From NCBI GenBank assembly GCA_013265495.1, contig MU059126.1, positions 9,662,349 to 9,726,348 on the forward strand: a stretch of 64,000 nt of DNA, written 5' to 3'. Made by a program: the position numbers and the translations under genes. This stretch comes from Vicugna vicugna (Eukaryota). Of this stretch, positions 37,585 through 50,289 are shown piece by piece (position 1 is the first letter of the stretch; every line of letters begins with the position of its first letter). A model generated the notes under the pieces. That model was given only the letters and a program-made list of their open reading frames with translations. It was not told the DNA's origin and made no database searches.

Positions 37585-38869
37585 AGAAAGGAGCAAGACA
37601 GGAGGCCTGGAACATGTTACTTAAAGCAATTCTAAGAATGGATTATTATGAAATGCCAGTAAGCAATTCTCTCTTATCACCCCTGAGTTTTCACTGTTAA
37701 TATGCACTATCAGAACCACCTGGCGGAGCCTAGCAACCACACATGAAGGCGAAGCACGAGCAGTGGAGAACGTGGGCCTCTGCTGGTCTGCAGTCGCCTA
37801 CTGCGTGCTGGACACTGTGTTTCAACACGTGGAGAACCGCTGGGCTGAGGCTGTAGGGGAAAGACTGGGTCTCACTCACCTTATAACCTCAGCTTTCACC
37901 AAAACAGAATCATACAAGATCAACAAGCGTTTTCATGAGCTTATTAATTTATGAATGATCTGGTGGCCAGAGACCAAGCTTCACGTCCTGGCTTGGCCAC
38001 TCATTAACCAAGTGACTCAGATCAAGATGCTTGCTGTTCCAGAACCTTACTTAGTTTCCTGCTGTGGAAACTGGGGGTAGAAATGCCCACCATGCCCACC
38101 TTGTAGGCTCCAGATCAAAATGCAGAAATGCTTCTAAGAACGAGCTTTATGTATAAACTCACAAGAGCTTTAGAGGGTGGACTGGGTTGGTTACTACTAC
38201 TTTGCCAAACCGGGGTATCTCTAAGAACAGTATTTTTAGATGTACAGCAGGGAGAGAAGATGTAGAGCATCTGATACCTTTGAGGTCAGCCTCTAAACCT
38301 TGGTAGATTGCCACCTACTTTGCAAGAGGTTTGGAGCCCAGTCTCCAGGCTTCAACCCCATGCCAGAAAGCAACTGTAAGGCAGAGGCATCCCCCCAACA
38401 AACAAACCCACCAGCAACTGCTGTCATCAGTGTATGTGCTGTGAAGTGCACGTTCCTGTCACTCAGAACCACTTAGAGTCAGACCGCCATATGCAAGCGC
38501 TCTGTAGAGCCTTCGCACATGCTGTTCCCTCTGCCTGGAACACTCCTTTCTTAGCGTGTAGGTCTCCACTTACATCAGCTGGTTAGTGTTGTCGGGATGA
38601 GGTTTGAACTCACAAATCATTTCAAAGATCTCAAGGGCCCCAGAGGTTTGGGACAGAGCTATTACTTATCAACTGTTTCTTAACGCATTTCTACCTCTCT
38701 CTCTCTTTCAAATGAAAATGTTCACTCTAAGTAATGACAACTACATAGAATGATTGAGCTAAACTCCCTCTTTGGCTCCAAAAGTACTTTAGACAGCAGT
38801 CACTCGGGAGGGATTTACTAATTGTAGTGAAGTAACTAACATAACAAATAACAATAGTTTTTCCCATCC

Positions 38870-39455
38870 TTTCTTGTTTTTTTTTCTTTCTATAATATTT
38901 TAAAGTGAATCCCTGTCATTCAGAACATGTCTTTTACCCTTTAACGCTTCTGAATGAGTCTCTAAAATATAAAGACATTTCCATACAAAACTTCAGAATC
39001 ATTATCACACTCAATAAATTAGCTATAATCATTTAATATCATTTACTAGCCAGTCGGTATTCAGATTGCCCCAATTATTTCAAAAGTGTCTTTTTACAAT
39101 TGGTTTCTCCGTGTATTGCGCTTGATTGTTATGTCCCTTCCAATTCATAATCTAGAACGGTCTCCCCTTCCCTTTCTTTTCTTCATGCCCTCATTGCAAA
39201 AAAAAAAAAAAAAAAATCGGCTGTTCTACTTTCTGAATTTTTCCAATTGCTTCCAGAGCCTGGAGCTGTTGATTTTGTTGCGCTTTCCTCCCTGGTTGGC
39301 TCTGGGGGCTTGATCAGCGTTCACTTTTTGGCAATAATATTTCATAATTGCCTTGGGTGTTTCACATATCATATCACATCTCATCAGGGATTAGCGCATA
39401 TCCAGTTGTCCCAGGAAAGATTTGTGCTTTTAAGTCATCTTGTGAATTATCTCAT
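38870..39455 (-). mobile_element. L1MC4/5-type 3' fragment
   Basis: gtctctaaaatataaagacatt...attcagattgccccaattattttc...tcacatatcatatcacatc. Confidence 0.7.
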
Positions 39456-39850
39456 TTAATCCTCACAGCAACTCCAAGAAGTATGTTCCAAAATTAGTCC
39501 CATTTTTTTAGGTAAGAAAACTGAGGCCCAGAGCAGTTACATGCTTTGGTTAATTTCATACATCTAGTAAGTAGCTCTCTGACTTGGAAGCCTTAGATGT
39601 GCCTGAAAAATGGACAGGATGGTAATTTGTTTTTGCCAGTCCCTGAGGACCCTGTATTTTAGGCACCTGGTCGATCCTGGCCTTTCCTTTTCTTCATGTT
39701 CCACAGCCTTGCTTGCAACCATTCTCATGCCCAAGGATCCACCTGCTCCCACCTCAAGGGTTTCGTATGAAAGCCTGGTGGAGATGATGCTTCTCTTCCT
39801 CCATCTGTAGGAAGCAGAGAACAGACTTTTTGTTTACATCTATACATGAA

Positions 39851-40442
39851 GGCAGTCCTCTTTATGCAAGCATTCTGTATTTGTAAACTCACCCGCTCAA
39901 TAAACTACCTGTAACCCCAAAATCAATACCTGGGGCACACTTGCCATCATTTGCAGACGTGTGCAGAGCGGTGACAAATTGGCATCGCCATCAGGCACAG
40001 TCCCAGCTGAGGTTAAGGAAAGAGACGCTCCGCCTTCCGAATAAGTGTCCTTTTCACAGTCCGTTTAGCACCATATTTTTCACATTTTTGTGCTTTTCAT
40101 TGGTGGTTTTGCTGTTTAAAGTGGCCCCTGAGCAGAGTGCCGAAGTGTTATCTGATGTGCCCTACAGGGAAAATCTGTGTGTTAGACAAGGTTTGTTCTG
40201 ACATGAGTTATAGTGCTGTTGGCTGCAAGTTCAATTTTATAAATCAACAATATATATTAAATAAGATGTCTTTAAACAGAAATACATAAAACATGGTTAT
40301 GCGTTGACCGGTTAATGAAAATATTATGGCCAAAGACTCGCAGGGAGGATTTCCCCTAGGAGCAATGCTTTGGCTGTTCACTAATTCAGTGTTTGCTATG
40401 ACTTTATAGAACAAAACTACCGCAAGTAATGAGAGTCAACTG
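39851..40442 (+). mobile_element. MER44B (Tigger7-derived)
   Basis: gtaaccccaaaatcaatac...gttcccagctgagg-like...tttaaagtggcccc...ttatagtgctgttggc...atttcccctaggagcaatg...gagagtcaactg. Confidence 0.9.
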
Positions 40443-42299
40443 TCTGTACGTATACACTCGCCCTAGGGTTGTTCTTTTTTTCAGTTCTACAAAATCTGAT
40501 TAACTTTATTTTCAAATTAAATATTATGGATCAGATTTTTTTTAATTGCAAGGAGGGGGAAAATGTACTTAGCACATGATGAGAAGTAGGAAATATATAT
40601 ATATATATTATTTTGTTTTCTCTGCTCCAATCAATTCAGGATAAACTTTTCCACTGAAGCATACCCTGATATCACTGACTCTTCTCAGGCAAGCTGGCTT
40701 CGGGGGATAGGTTCAAATCTGCTCCCAATTTAATGTTACTCAGTGCTGAAGTATTTATAACTTTGTTTTGCTGAATCATTATAAAGTATCTGAGCAAAAG
40801 AAAATTAATCAGTTCCTGAAGTTTTTAATGCCTCCAGGGTTTTGAGGGGATTAAACTAACAGAATTTTCTTTTATTATAATTAGTTTTCAGCCTTCGTTG
40901 GAGTCTGTAGCCCTTAATGTAACTAATTTCATATTGACTCTGGGTTTTCTCTTCAATAATAAAATTTGGGTTCCCACTTGAGAATTCTCAATATTCTTTC
41001 ATTCTTACTGCTGAAGGATAGTTGGGGAAGAAAAAATTTTTTTAAGAAAACAATAAAGTGTCTCCCTTCCCTAAGATACACAGTGTGGGTTTTTAGATTA
41101 GTGTTTTCATAAGTTAGAACCTTTAAAACATAACATTCATTCCACTGTTTCCATGTTTAGAGCAATCTTTCATACTGTTTTTACTATTTAAATTTTTCTT
41201 ATTAAACATGTTTACAAAAATGTAGTAAATGACTTTGATGAAAACCATGGTCTGAAGAATTGTTCTTAAAGCCCAGAGAAATCACACCTGTAACCCTTTA
41301 AATCCAAGCAGCGTTTTCGAGCTGGAAGTTCTGAATCCCATCTACCACGTTAAGACTATTGACATTTTAAAAATAGATTGTGTAAGATTGAAATGACCTT
41401 GAGTAGCCAATTGACAGAATTTACCGATGGTTTTTAAACATCCAATTTAAAAGTTTGGGGTAGTTTTTGTTTAGTGTGTGTATACGTGTGTTTAGTCATA
41501 AAACGGATTCTTTTTTTGGACTTCGGTTTGATACATAATTTTAAATTCTGAAAGTGGCTTTAAAACAAGAAAGGATGATGATTCAAGTTCTGAGTCCAGA
41601 GATGAGCGCCACCCAGAACATAGCAAATGCTCAAAACAAGCTGACTGTTATTCTTAAAACTTGCACCCTCCAATAATCATATTTACAATGAGATGACTGT
41701 CCTCACATTAGGAGTGAAATGGTCAACTATAGTTTAACCAACATGTATTTTTAAATGTCCAAGGCATGTAACTGAGGAACAAATACAGGAATTTTCCTCT
41801 TGAAGTCCTGATTTACCAGATATCCCTGGACAAATTCACATCTGTCTTCTTTTAAAAGGGAGGTAGGGCAAGAAGAAAAGAAAGGAATGCCCTTAAAGAA
41901 AGGTAGCTTGGTGTAGATTTTCTAAAGAAAAAGAGGACTGGACACCCTGATTCCTGATTGTTTTCCTGTGGCCACCAAAGATGCAGATTAGATATCATTG
42001 AGATTCCCATGTTTGTGACCAGATTCTTCCTGATATGCCCCCTGAATGCTTTCTTGGATGTGGGAGGAGAGAGATCTCCTCCTCACTTCTTCCGTTGGAC
42101 TTTCGATAGGAGCTTTTTTTTTTTTTTTTTTTTTTTGGATGACAAGAAAGCAACGTGGGGAATGATTGCCAAACCCAGAGCCACTACCCCTCCTCCTTTA
42201 AACAGAGCTCTTTCAGGGCATGCACCTCAGGAAGTGCACCATGATTGGTCTAAACCCCTTAGGACTATCCGTTTCTTTTTGCCAGTCATTGGTCTAAGG

Positions 42300-42509
42300 C
42301 AATGGTTTTCAACTCAGGCAATTTTGAACACACATACACACCCATAGGACGCTGGCAACGTCTGGGGACATTCTGGATAATTGTAACTGGGAGTGTGCTA
42401 TTCGCGTCTAGTGAATGGATGCTGTTAAGCCTCCCGCAATGCCCAGGACAGCCCCCACCACAGAGAATTATCTGGTCCAAAATGTCCCCAAGGCTGATGT
42501 TGAGACATG
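42300..42509 (+). mobile_element. MER20
   Basis: caatggttttcaac...ggcaacgtctggggacatt...caggacagcccccaccacagagaattatctggtccaaaatgtc. Confidence 0.88.
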
Positions 42510-42514
42510 TTGTT

Positions 42515-42850
42515 CTGGGAGTTGAAATGTGACACAGTTCTGGAAAATGAAATGTGACAGGAAGGAGGTGGGGGAACCTCTAGAAAATAATTTTCCTCTT
42601 AAAAATTGGAAGTATTTTTTGCCCCATCTCCTTCTTTTCTTTCTGGAATGTTGTGGTGTCAAGATATGATGCTTGGAACTGTTGCAGCCATCGTGGGGCC
42701 ATGAGAACAGACATCACCGACAGGCTGAGGACCTTTGAGCCACTGTACCAACCTAGAAACACCTGTCTCCAGACTTCTTGTCCTATAAGAAAATTGTCTT
42801 TACTTTAAAAACTGCTGTTACTTGGTATTTTTGTTACTTATAGTTAAAGG
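42515..42850 (+). mobile_element. MLT1J/K/L-type LTR fragment
   Basis: tgatgcttggaactgttgcagccatc...ctccagacttcttg...ttttgttactt. Confidence 0.7.
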
Positions 42851-43109
42851 GATAGTTATTATACCTACTGCATCATATAATTTTCCCACAAAAGGTCCAC
42901 ATTTGCTTACCTAGAAAACAGCAGAACTTTTCTGAGATTCAAATATTCCTCAACTGAGCAAGGCTCAGTAACTACCTAAGGGTCTTGCTTCTGGCACAAA
43001 GCCCCTCCTAGCAAGTGAATTTCAATTTACGCCTCTGAAGAATGACAAATGACTCTACATCATGGATCTTCAATGACTCATGAAGACTGAAATTGTGAAG
43101 ACATCCTGT

Positions 43110-43280
43110 CTTGGTTTAAATTCAAGCTCTGCCACCTGGTTAATGTGTGGTCCTGGATGCATTTACTTCTCTGCTTCACCTTCCTCATCTGTAAAATGAG
43201 GATAATAGCAGTGTCCTCAGAGGTTAAATGAGTTGACACATGGAAAAGTGCCTAGAATAGTGTCTGGCACATATTAAGCC
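43110..43280 (+). mobile_element. MIR
   Basis: ttcaagctctgccacc...ttcctcatctgtaaaatgaggataatag...gtgtctggcacat. Confidence 0.85.
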
Positions 43281-43849
43281 CTACGTTCATATCTTCATCA
43301 TCATTATTCATTGTTACATCTGGAAAAGCCAAGGCTCTGATGAACAGTTTTCACATCTGAATCTTACCTGAACATGTGACCATCCTTCAGAGCTAAAACT
43401 GACAGCCAAATGGGCATTTTGTGTGAGCGACAAAGGGGAAATGGATTAGCAACACTCTACCCATGCTTACCAAATTCCGCCCTTGTGCAGGGCACCTCCA
43501 GGTGGCTGGCACACACTCTTCCCAGGACAACAGTGGCCTGATGCTAGCAGGCCCACTGCAGGTATGTCACTGGCTGACAGAGGAGCTAATTACAAACATG
43601 CCTTCTTGTCTCCCATGTTGATGATTCCCCCACACTGTTAGATGTAGACCTCGATGGCCAGTCTAGCTTTGTGCACAGCTCTGTTTCACGTACATCCTTA
43701 ACTCACTCAAATTAATCCCAGACAGAAACCCTTAAATTCTGTTTCTACGTACTCCCCGGATAGAGCAGCCTTTCTCAGAGCCTTGCTGTCTTCTTCCTTG
43801 TCTTTGAAACACCCTGTCTGTTGTCTGAACATCTGTATAATCGGGCTTT

Positions 43850-44030
43850 GGACTGAGGCAAGCAGGCTTTGAGTTCAGTAGCTGCGTGACCTCGGGCAAG
43901 CTACTTAACATTTCCTCATCATTAAAGGGGCGCTCATGGGACCCCCTTTTATAGAGTCATGGGCATAAGCTAATGGTAGGAAGCCTCTAATAAGGCTCTT
44001 GGCATAGGTAGGTGCTCGATAAAAAGTGAC
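43850..44030 (+). mobile_element. MIR
   Basis: agctgcgtgacctcgggcaagctacttaac...tggcataggtaggtgctcgataaa. Confidence 0.75.
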
Positions 44031-44999
44031 TGCTGCTTGTAATTCTGCTTGGTTCTCTCTAATCCCTGTTCACTGACTTAACTAAATCAGTATTCCAGCC
44101 TGTTTCAGGGCTTGGTGCGAGTTGATTATGCTGAACTTTGATGGATCTCAGCCAAGTATCACGCTCCCTTTTTGTCAATACCTGAGTAACACTTTAACTC
44201 AAGAAGGCAGAGGAAAAGCACTAGGACCCAGGAGGAGTCAGCCAAAAGTCCTGTGAACTGTGTATTTGGAGTGGTGCTCCTACAGTCCTGGGGCAGAAAT
44301 CTTAAACTCTGTAGAGCTGCTCTTTTTTGAAGACTCTGAGCCCCACAGCTTGAAAACCACTTTAATTGGTTGCCAGGTCTCCATAGGCAAAAGTCGTCCT
44401 CTGCGCGATGAGGCTTCCTGTCTCATGTAAACGTCCAGAGCTTGGCACCAACGTGTCTTATTTTTAGCCTTCCTGAAAGGAACCAGCCCCTTTCTCTCTC
44501 TGCCCCCTCTCTGCCCCAGGCGACAGGCTACATACTTGCCCCAGCTTTGAGACCAAAGTGCCAGTGAGAGACACCATCCTAAAAATACCCTCTCCATCCC
44601 TGGTGCCCTCCTTCTAGTGTTTCGCTGGGTAAGGAGCACCTGCGGCGCTGGCGAACCTGCAGGATGACTCTGCATGGTACCTAGATAATCTTTTCATCTG
44701 AAGTTCCTTTTAAATTAAAGTTTAGATTTTTTAATTAAAAAAATTTCAAAGTAATGCAAATGTGTTTTATTTTTTCATGATGAATTCATTTAAAAATAAT
44801 GTGATTTTCAGAAACTTTTTTTAAAAGAAATTTTATTTCAAGTTTGAGAATGGTGCATAAAACAGAGATACTCTGAATATTCTAGAGATATTCAAGTTAA
44901 ATATATGATTATAACCAGTACTGGCCAACAGTGGTCACTCCCCTATGAGGACTATGGCTTAAACTCAGAGAGACAAGAGCCACTGGAAGGGACTTCTGT

Positions 45000-45200
45000 C
45001 TGTTTTTTATCTCAGCTATTTAGAATGGCACCTAACCTGGAATAGGTATTCAGTAAATAGGTGTTGAATGAATGAATTTATTGAGCATCTTTGTGTGCCA
45101 GACATGGTGCCAGGAGCTGGGGATTCAAAAATGTAGCTGATGGATGCAATCTTCGCCTTCCTGTAGCTTATTAAAGAATCCATTCCCGGTTTCCCTTTCT
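45000..45200. mobile_element. Two L2 3' ends, tail-to-tail
   Basis: A + strand end (ggtattcagtaaataggtgttgaatgaatgaa) abuts a - strand end (tttattgagcatctttgtgtgccagacatggtgc). Confidence 0.65.
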
Positions 45201-45839
45201 AGAGCACAGAATGTAAATATCTGTCACCTGAATACATCTCTTGGCTTCAAATTTCTTGCGTCGACAAAAACAAAGCTTGGAAGCACAGCTCCCAAAACTT
45301 CTACAGAGCTGGTCACTCCCTGTCCCTACCTCAGTCACAGAATCTCCCCCTTTTCCTTCCAGGAAAAGTCCCAAATCCTTTTAGCCTCCACCCAGCTCTC
45401 CTCCCCCAGAGAGACCAAGATTCAGCTGACATTCAGCAATGGTGCACACTTTACTTTTTTCCCCTGGGGATATGGCGCATTAGTCACCCCATAAACATTT
45501 AATTTTATTTAGCTCTGTTTTACAGGCTGGCACATTATCAGAGCTGTCTCTCTCTGTTGCCTCAAGTGCCACTGTTTGAATGTACCCATAATGCCTCTTG
45601 ATTTTCCATCTCTCTTTGGTTCCAGTAAAACGTGGGGATATACGAGAGAGGAGGAAAGGCAGGTGCAGGGCGGGTTAGCCAAGGGTGCTTGAAGAAACCC
45701 TTTGGAGGAAGAAATACATGCTCCTTCAAATGCAGCGTCTTTCTCGAAGGGGGAATCCTCTAATTATCCACATTGGTAGTGACCGGGGAGTGATTCTGTC
45801 AGTCTGAGGTGGGGCTCTGGATTTAGCCTTTTAACTTTT

Positions 45840-46330
45840 CACTGCAGTGTTAACGTGCAGTAAAGTACGGGTAAGTGTCTAGCTCCATGAGGTTTCCACA
45901 CATCCATGTAATGAGTCACGTTGCCAGTACCCAGAAGTGCCTTGTTTGCTTTTGTCACTGCCCCTCTCCAACAGTTTCTCTTATCTGACTTATGGCCCTT
46001 AGATTAGGTTTCGCCTGTTTCTGTGTTTATATAAGTGGAAACATTAGATACATTCTGGTGTCTGGCTTCTTATGCTCGACGTTATGATTTGTGAGTTTCA
46101 TCCCCATTGCTGCATGTAGCTGCTGTTTATTAATTTTCATTGCTATGGCGTTTTTTATTGTGATAATACCATAATTTTTAGATTCATTAAGACTGATGAT
46201 GGACAGTTGCATTGATTTCAGTTTGTAGCTCTCATGAATGATGCTGCTATGAACATTCTTGTAGAGATCTTCTGATGACTATATGTACATGTTTCTGTTG
46301 GATATATACCTTGGAGTGGAATTGCTGGGG
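45840..46330 (-). mobile_element. L1ME-type 3' fragment
   Basis: ttatataagtggaaacattagatacattctggtgtctggcttcttatgctc...gctgctatgaacattcttgta...ggagtggaattgctggg. Confidence 0.8.
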
Positions 46331-46984
46331 CAAATCATTTTTAATAAGCAACTCTGGTAACACTGACTCATGCTGAAATTTAGGAATCATGCAACTAGAC
46401 AAACACGCAAGTACCATTTATCAAGATTAATCAGGTTGGAATTGTACTTCACTGCAGAAAATGTGAATTGCCCACAAAAACTTCACAGCCTTATTAAGAA
46501 AAAACCAAAAACCAAAACACCAACAAAGACATAGACTCACAAAGCACATATTGAAGAAAAGCACTGTAGAGAAAATAACTGAGGGGTCCAATCCAGATGC
46601 CTGTTCTAGTTTGGAACAATACACACATACACAGAACAGAGCTGCATATTGTCTTCTGTCTGATAGGAAGAATTAAGGGTTTTGTTTGGCATAAACAGTG
46701 TTTCAAAAATCAAGAAATGTTATAAAATGTTTATATATCTGATTTCTCTTCAAAAAGTAAGCTTCAGCAACACTGGTTCCTCATTCCTACATGCCAAAAG
46801 TTGGCCGGAACTTGGCAACACCTGTGCCCTTTAGATGAAACATGTGGTCTCCAGGTACCACAGTCCCCACTAATCCCTATTGCCTTGCTCTGGTCCTTCT
46901 CTTGTTTATATCAGCTGCCTAACTCCTGTGGGCATTTGGCTTCCCAGTCCCTAGTCTAGAGAATTACAGTAAACATTTTCCCAG

Positions 46985-47140
46985 ACAATATTTGAGTTAA
47001 TCTTCACAAGAACCCAGCAAGCCATGGAGGGTTGGATAAGATTGACCCCATTTTGGAGGCTCTGAGAGTGATTGAACAAAGTTCCATTGAGGCTCCGAGA
47101 GTAATTGAACAAAGTTGCATAACTAGCAAGTGGTGGCCTT
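46985..47140 (-). mobile_element. MIR with an internal 33-bp tandem duplication
   Basis: ttaatcttcacaagaaccc...ccccattttggaggctctgagag... duplicated. Confidence 0.7.
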
Positions 47141-48949
47141 CTGAGAGCTATTTTGAGACATATTTACGAATTGTGTGTATTTTTTTTTAATGTGAAGTGA
47201 TAACTTAAATAAATCAAGATATATGTAATAAGATGTTCAAAATAAAGTTCAGAGGATTTTTTTTTAAGGCATCAGAGGAGGGGAAAAGTTCTGCAAAGTA
47301 AAGTGGTCACGGATGTGTTTCCCCCAAGGATGTGGGATCTCATCTGAGCCTTGGCGGATGACTGTGAAGAGGGGTGGTGATGATGGCATTCTGGGCAGGG
47401 GCTCGGCTGGAGCAAAGGCAGGGAGCCAGATGGGGATGAGGTGAGGATGGACAAGAGAGAGACCCGGAGGTGTAATAGGAAATGACTGCTCAGCTGTGTT
47501 GCCTTGAGCCAAGGTCTTTGCCTTGCTGAGTCTTGGAAGCTCTCAACGTCACTAGGTTTTGAGAGGACTAAAGGAGATCCCCTACGTTCAGTTCATTGTA
47601 GTTGATTCATCCTCATGAGGACGAATAGCACTGTACTGACACCGGCAACCCCACAAACAGGGATCACTCTTGTGCTCTTATCGTCATGTGGTTGGTGGTT
47701 AGCGCGCTGGAGGGGAGCTCAGAGGGGAGAATGGAGCATGTCCCCAGGGGATCTGATCTGGGAGTCAGCAAGATCTCCATCTTTATGCCATACCCCCTTA
47801 ACTCTGCCCAAACCTCCCTTCTCTTCAACTGCAGGGGGCAGTTTTTTTATTCCATCTGAACTATCTTCCCCAACTTTCCTCTTTAAGTTGTTCTTAAAGT
47901 CACTGCCAAGAAGCAGCATCCATTAGGCAAAATGTATGAAGACAAAAGTCTTCCCTTCGATGCCCCTAGGTGCCCCCACTTTACGTCTATCCCCGTCATT
48001 AGTAAAGAGTCTTTGATGCTTCGGAGGGGAGGCAGTGGGTTTTTTGTTTGTTTTTGAAGATTTAATTTCATTCTCTCATAAATTATAAAATAAACGTGGC
48101 TATTTTAATGACAGAACTCAAATAGTACTGGAAGGGGTTTGAGTCAGTGGATGAAAGGTCAGCCCCTCTGGGCAAGGCCCCAGCAGAAGGGTGGCCATCC
48201 TGCAGCTGAACCAGTAGTGCTGTCCTGTTGGCCTTCATCTTCTCAGCCGCTTGGCCAGGAGGCTCTTGGTCATCACCCTCTCCCCAGTCTGTGCCATCTG
48301 TAACTCTCGTGTAACTTCCTCTCTCCTTGTCTTCCCAGTAACTCCCTTTTGTTCTTAAGCTACACTAGGTGGGTTTTGTCATTGTAACCAAAAGTATCAC
48401 TATCCCCTGTCACAATTGTGTAAAAAAAAGTATCTAAAGTCATAGGAGTGAGCTGGATTCACAATTAGAGGACATCCTACAGTCAGAAAGTCCTTTCTTC
48501 ACTCCACTGACTCTGTCCACGGTCACCCTCTCCAAACACGGGGTGGAGAGCTTATTCTTGACCTTTTGAAAGAATGGGTACACGTGGTTCTGAAGGCTTC
48601 CCCAACCTGAAATGTACCAGCTTTGAAAGCTAGCTGTTACATTCTGGGTTTCGGCTTGTAGGACTCACTACCAAATGCCCAGAGAGACAGCTGCCAGTTA
48701 CCACCCCTGAGTCAGTACCCAGCCTGGAAATGAGAGCCTGCAGAACGTGCTGATGAGGCTGGCAGGAAGCGGGGCCAGGGCTGCGCGGCGAAGTGTTCTT
48801 CCCAGCAGGTGCTGCTCTCAGGAGACGGGAGAGAGGCTGCCTGACAATTCGGTGGGTTCTTATCTTCAGATTTCTCTTCAGAACAAAGAATTATACACTA
48901 GGAAGGCCAGTGATGGGGCTCACAGCCAGGTAGGGTGATGTATCCAGGA

Positions 48950-49260
48950 GGGTATGTTAGGCTACCATTAACAGAAAATGAACTAAGAGTAAGTTTTACA
49001 ATAAAATTCTCACTAATAAGTCAGGAGCATTTAAGGAGGTTTCAGAGTTGTTTCCAAGACACAGCAATCACTGAGCGCCTAGGTGTTTCTCGTACCTTAT
49101 CTCTGCTGTCCTCTCTGTATTAATGATACAAAGCTCGGCAGCTCCAACCACCATGCCTTTCCCTGAGGATGTCCAGAGACCACAGGAATAGCAGTGCTTC
49201 CTGTTGCATGATTTTTATATCAGGGATAAAACTTCTTTTCTCCCAGGCCTCCTCTTGAGC
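48950..49260 (-). mobile_element. MLT1J/K-type LTR fragment
   Basis: tatgttaggctaccattaacagaaaa...cagctccaaccaccatgcctttccc. Confidence 0.55.
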
Positions 49261-49320
49261 TCATAGGCCATAGTTTTACCACCTGACAAAGGAGACGGAA
49301 TTACCATGATTTGTTTAGAG

Positions 49321-49509
49321 CAAGATTTCTCATCCATGGTACTACTGATATTTTGGACAAGATAATTCATTATTAGGGGGCTGTCTGACATATTATTGAA
49401 AGTTGAGACCCAGCCAGTAGCAACTTCCTTGTCTTGATAATCAAAAATGTATTTGGTAATTGGCAAATGTCTCTGACATGGCAAAATGGCCCCAGGTGGA
49501 AAACCGCTG
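49321..49509 (-). mobile_element. MER20
   Basis: ttctcatccatggtactactgatattttggacaagataattc...ggcaaatgtctc...gaaaaccgctg. Confidence 0.75.
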
Positions 49510-50289
49510 ATTCATACTAATCAGCACTCCATCCTCCCTGGAGTTGGAGAAGGATCACCTTCCAGAATCACACAGCAAAGCTGATACCTGACACCATCAG
49601 GGCCCGCCAGCAAGGAGGTAAAGCAGAGGGCTTGAGAGGCGCAGTGGAGGTGACTCTTGGGTCTGACGCAGGTCAGGAACTGATAAAAGAGCTGAAGGGC
49701 CCCATTCTGGAAGTGAGAAGATTTCAGAGAAGAGACTGGGAACTGATGATATTTTGGTCACACTGATCTACAGATGGGAAGATGGAGTGAACATTACCGG
49801 GAATCTCCAGTTGCCAGTCTTGTGCTGGACCCTTGATGTGAATTTTGCTTTTAATCCTTAGAGTGCTACAGCGAGGGGTAAGCTTGAACCGTGTACCTCT
49901 AAGAGGGTTATAACCAGGATCTGTGGGGTGAACCCTATAGGACACAGAGTCACTTTTTCTTGTTCCGGGGGCCCCTTTGGCATTCTGGAGAAGCCAGATG
50001 GGTCTCTTCTCAGGGCACTGTCTTGAGCTGCATGAAATGGCATATCCATACTTAAACTTGTCTCGAGATTTGAAAAATGCCACTGAGTTCCTTCTCACCA
50101 GGGACATAGATGGGAGTGGTTGTGGGGATCTGAAGGGGAATTTCAGCTCCATCTGAGTCTGGACCTTGAAAGACCCCTCCAGCTGATTCGTCTTAAGTCG
50201 TATTTTGATGATTATAAAATTGTTGCACACCCTCAGCTCCCAGTCAGGGGACTTAGGCAAGAGGTGGGAGAGGGAGCCTCAAGGGCGAA

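Noticed and set aside
41573-41595. Box C (ATGATGA) and box D (CTGA) motifs
   Set aside because: Only 8 nt separate the boxes, leaving no room for a snoRNA guide.
49724-50260. 178-aa minus-strand ORF
   Set aside because: Non-ATG start and no homology recognised; it reads through the candidate donor, so only the short exon interpretation was kept.
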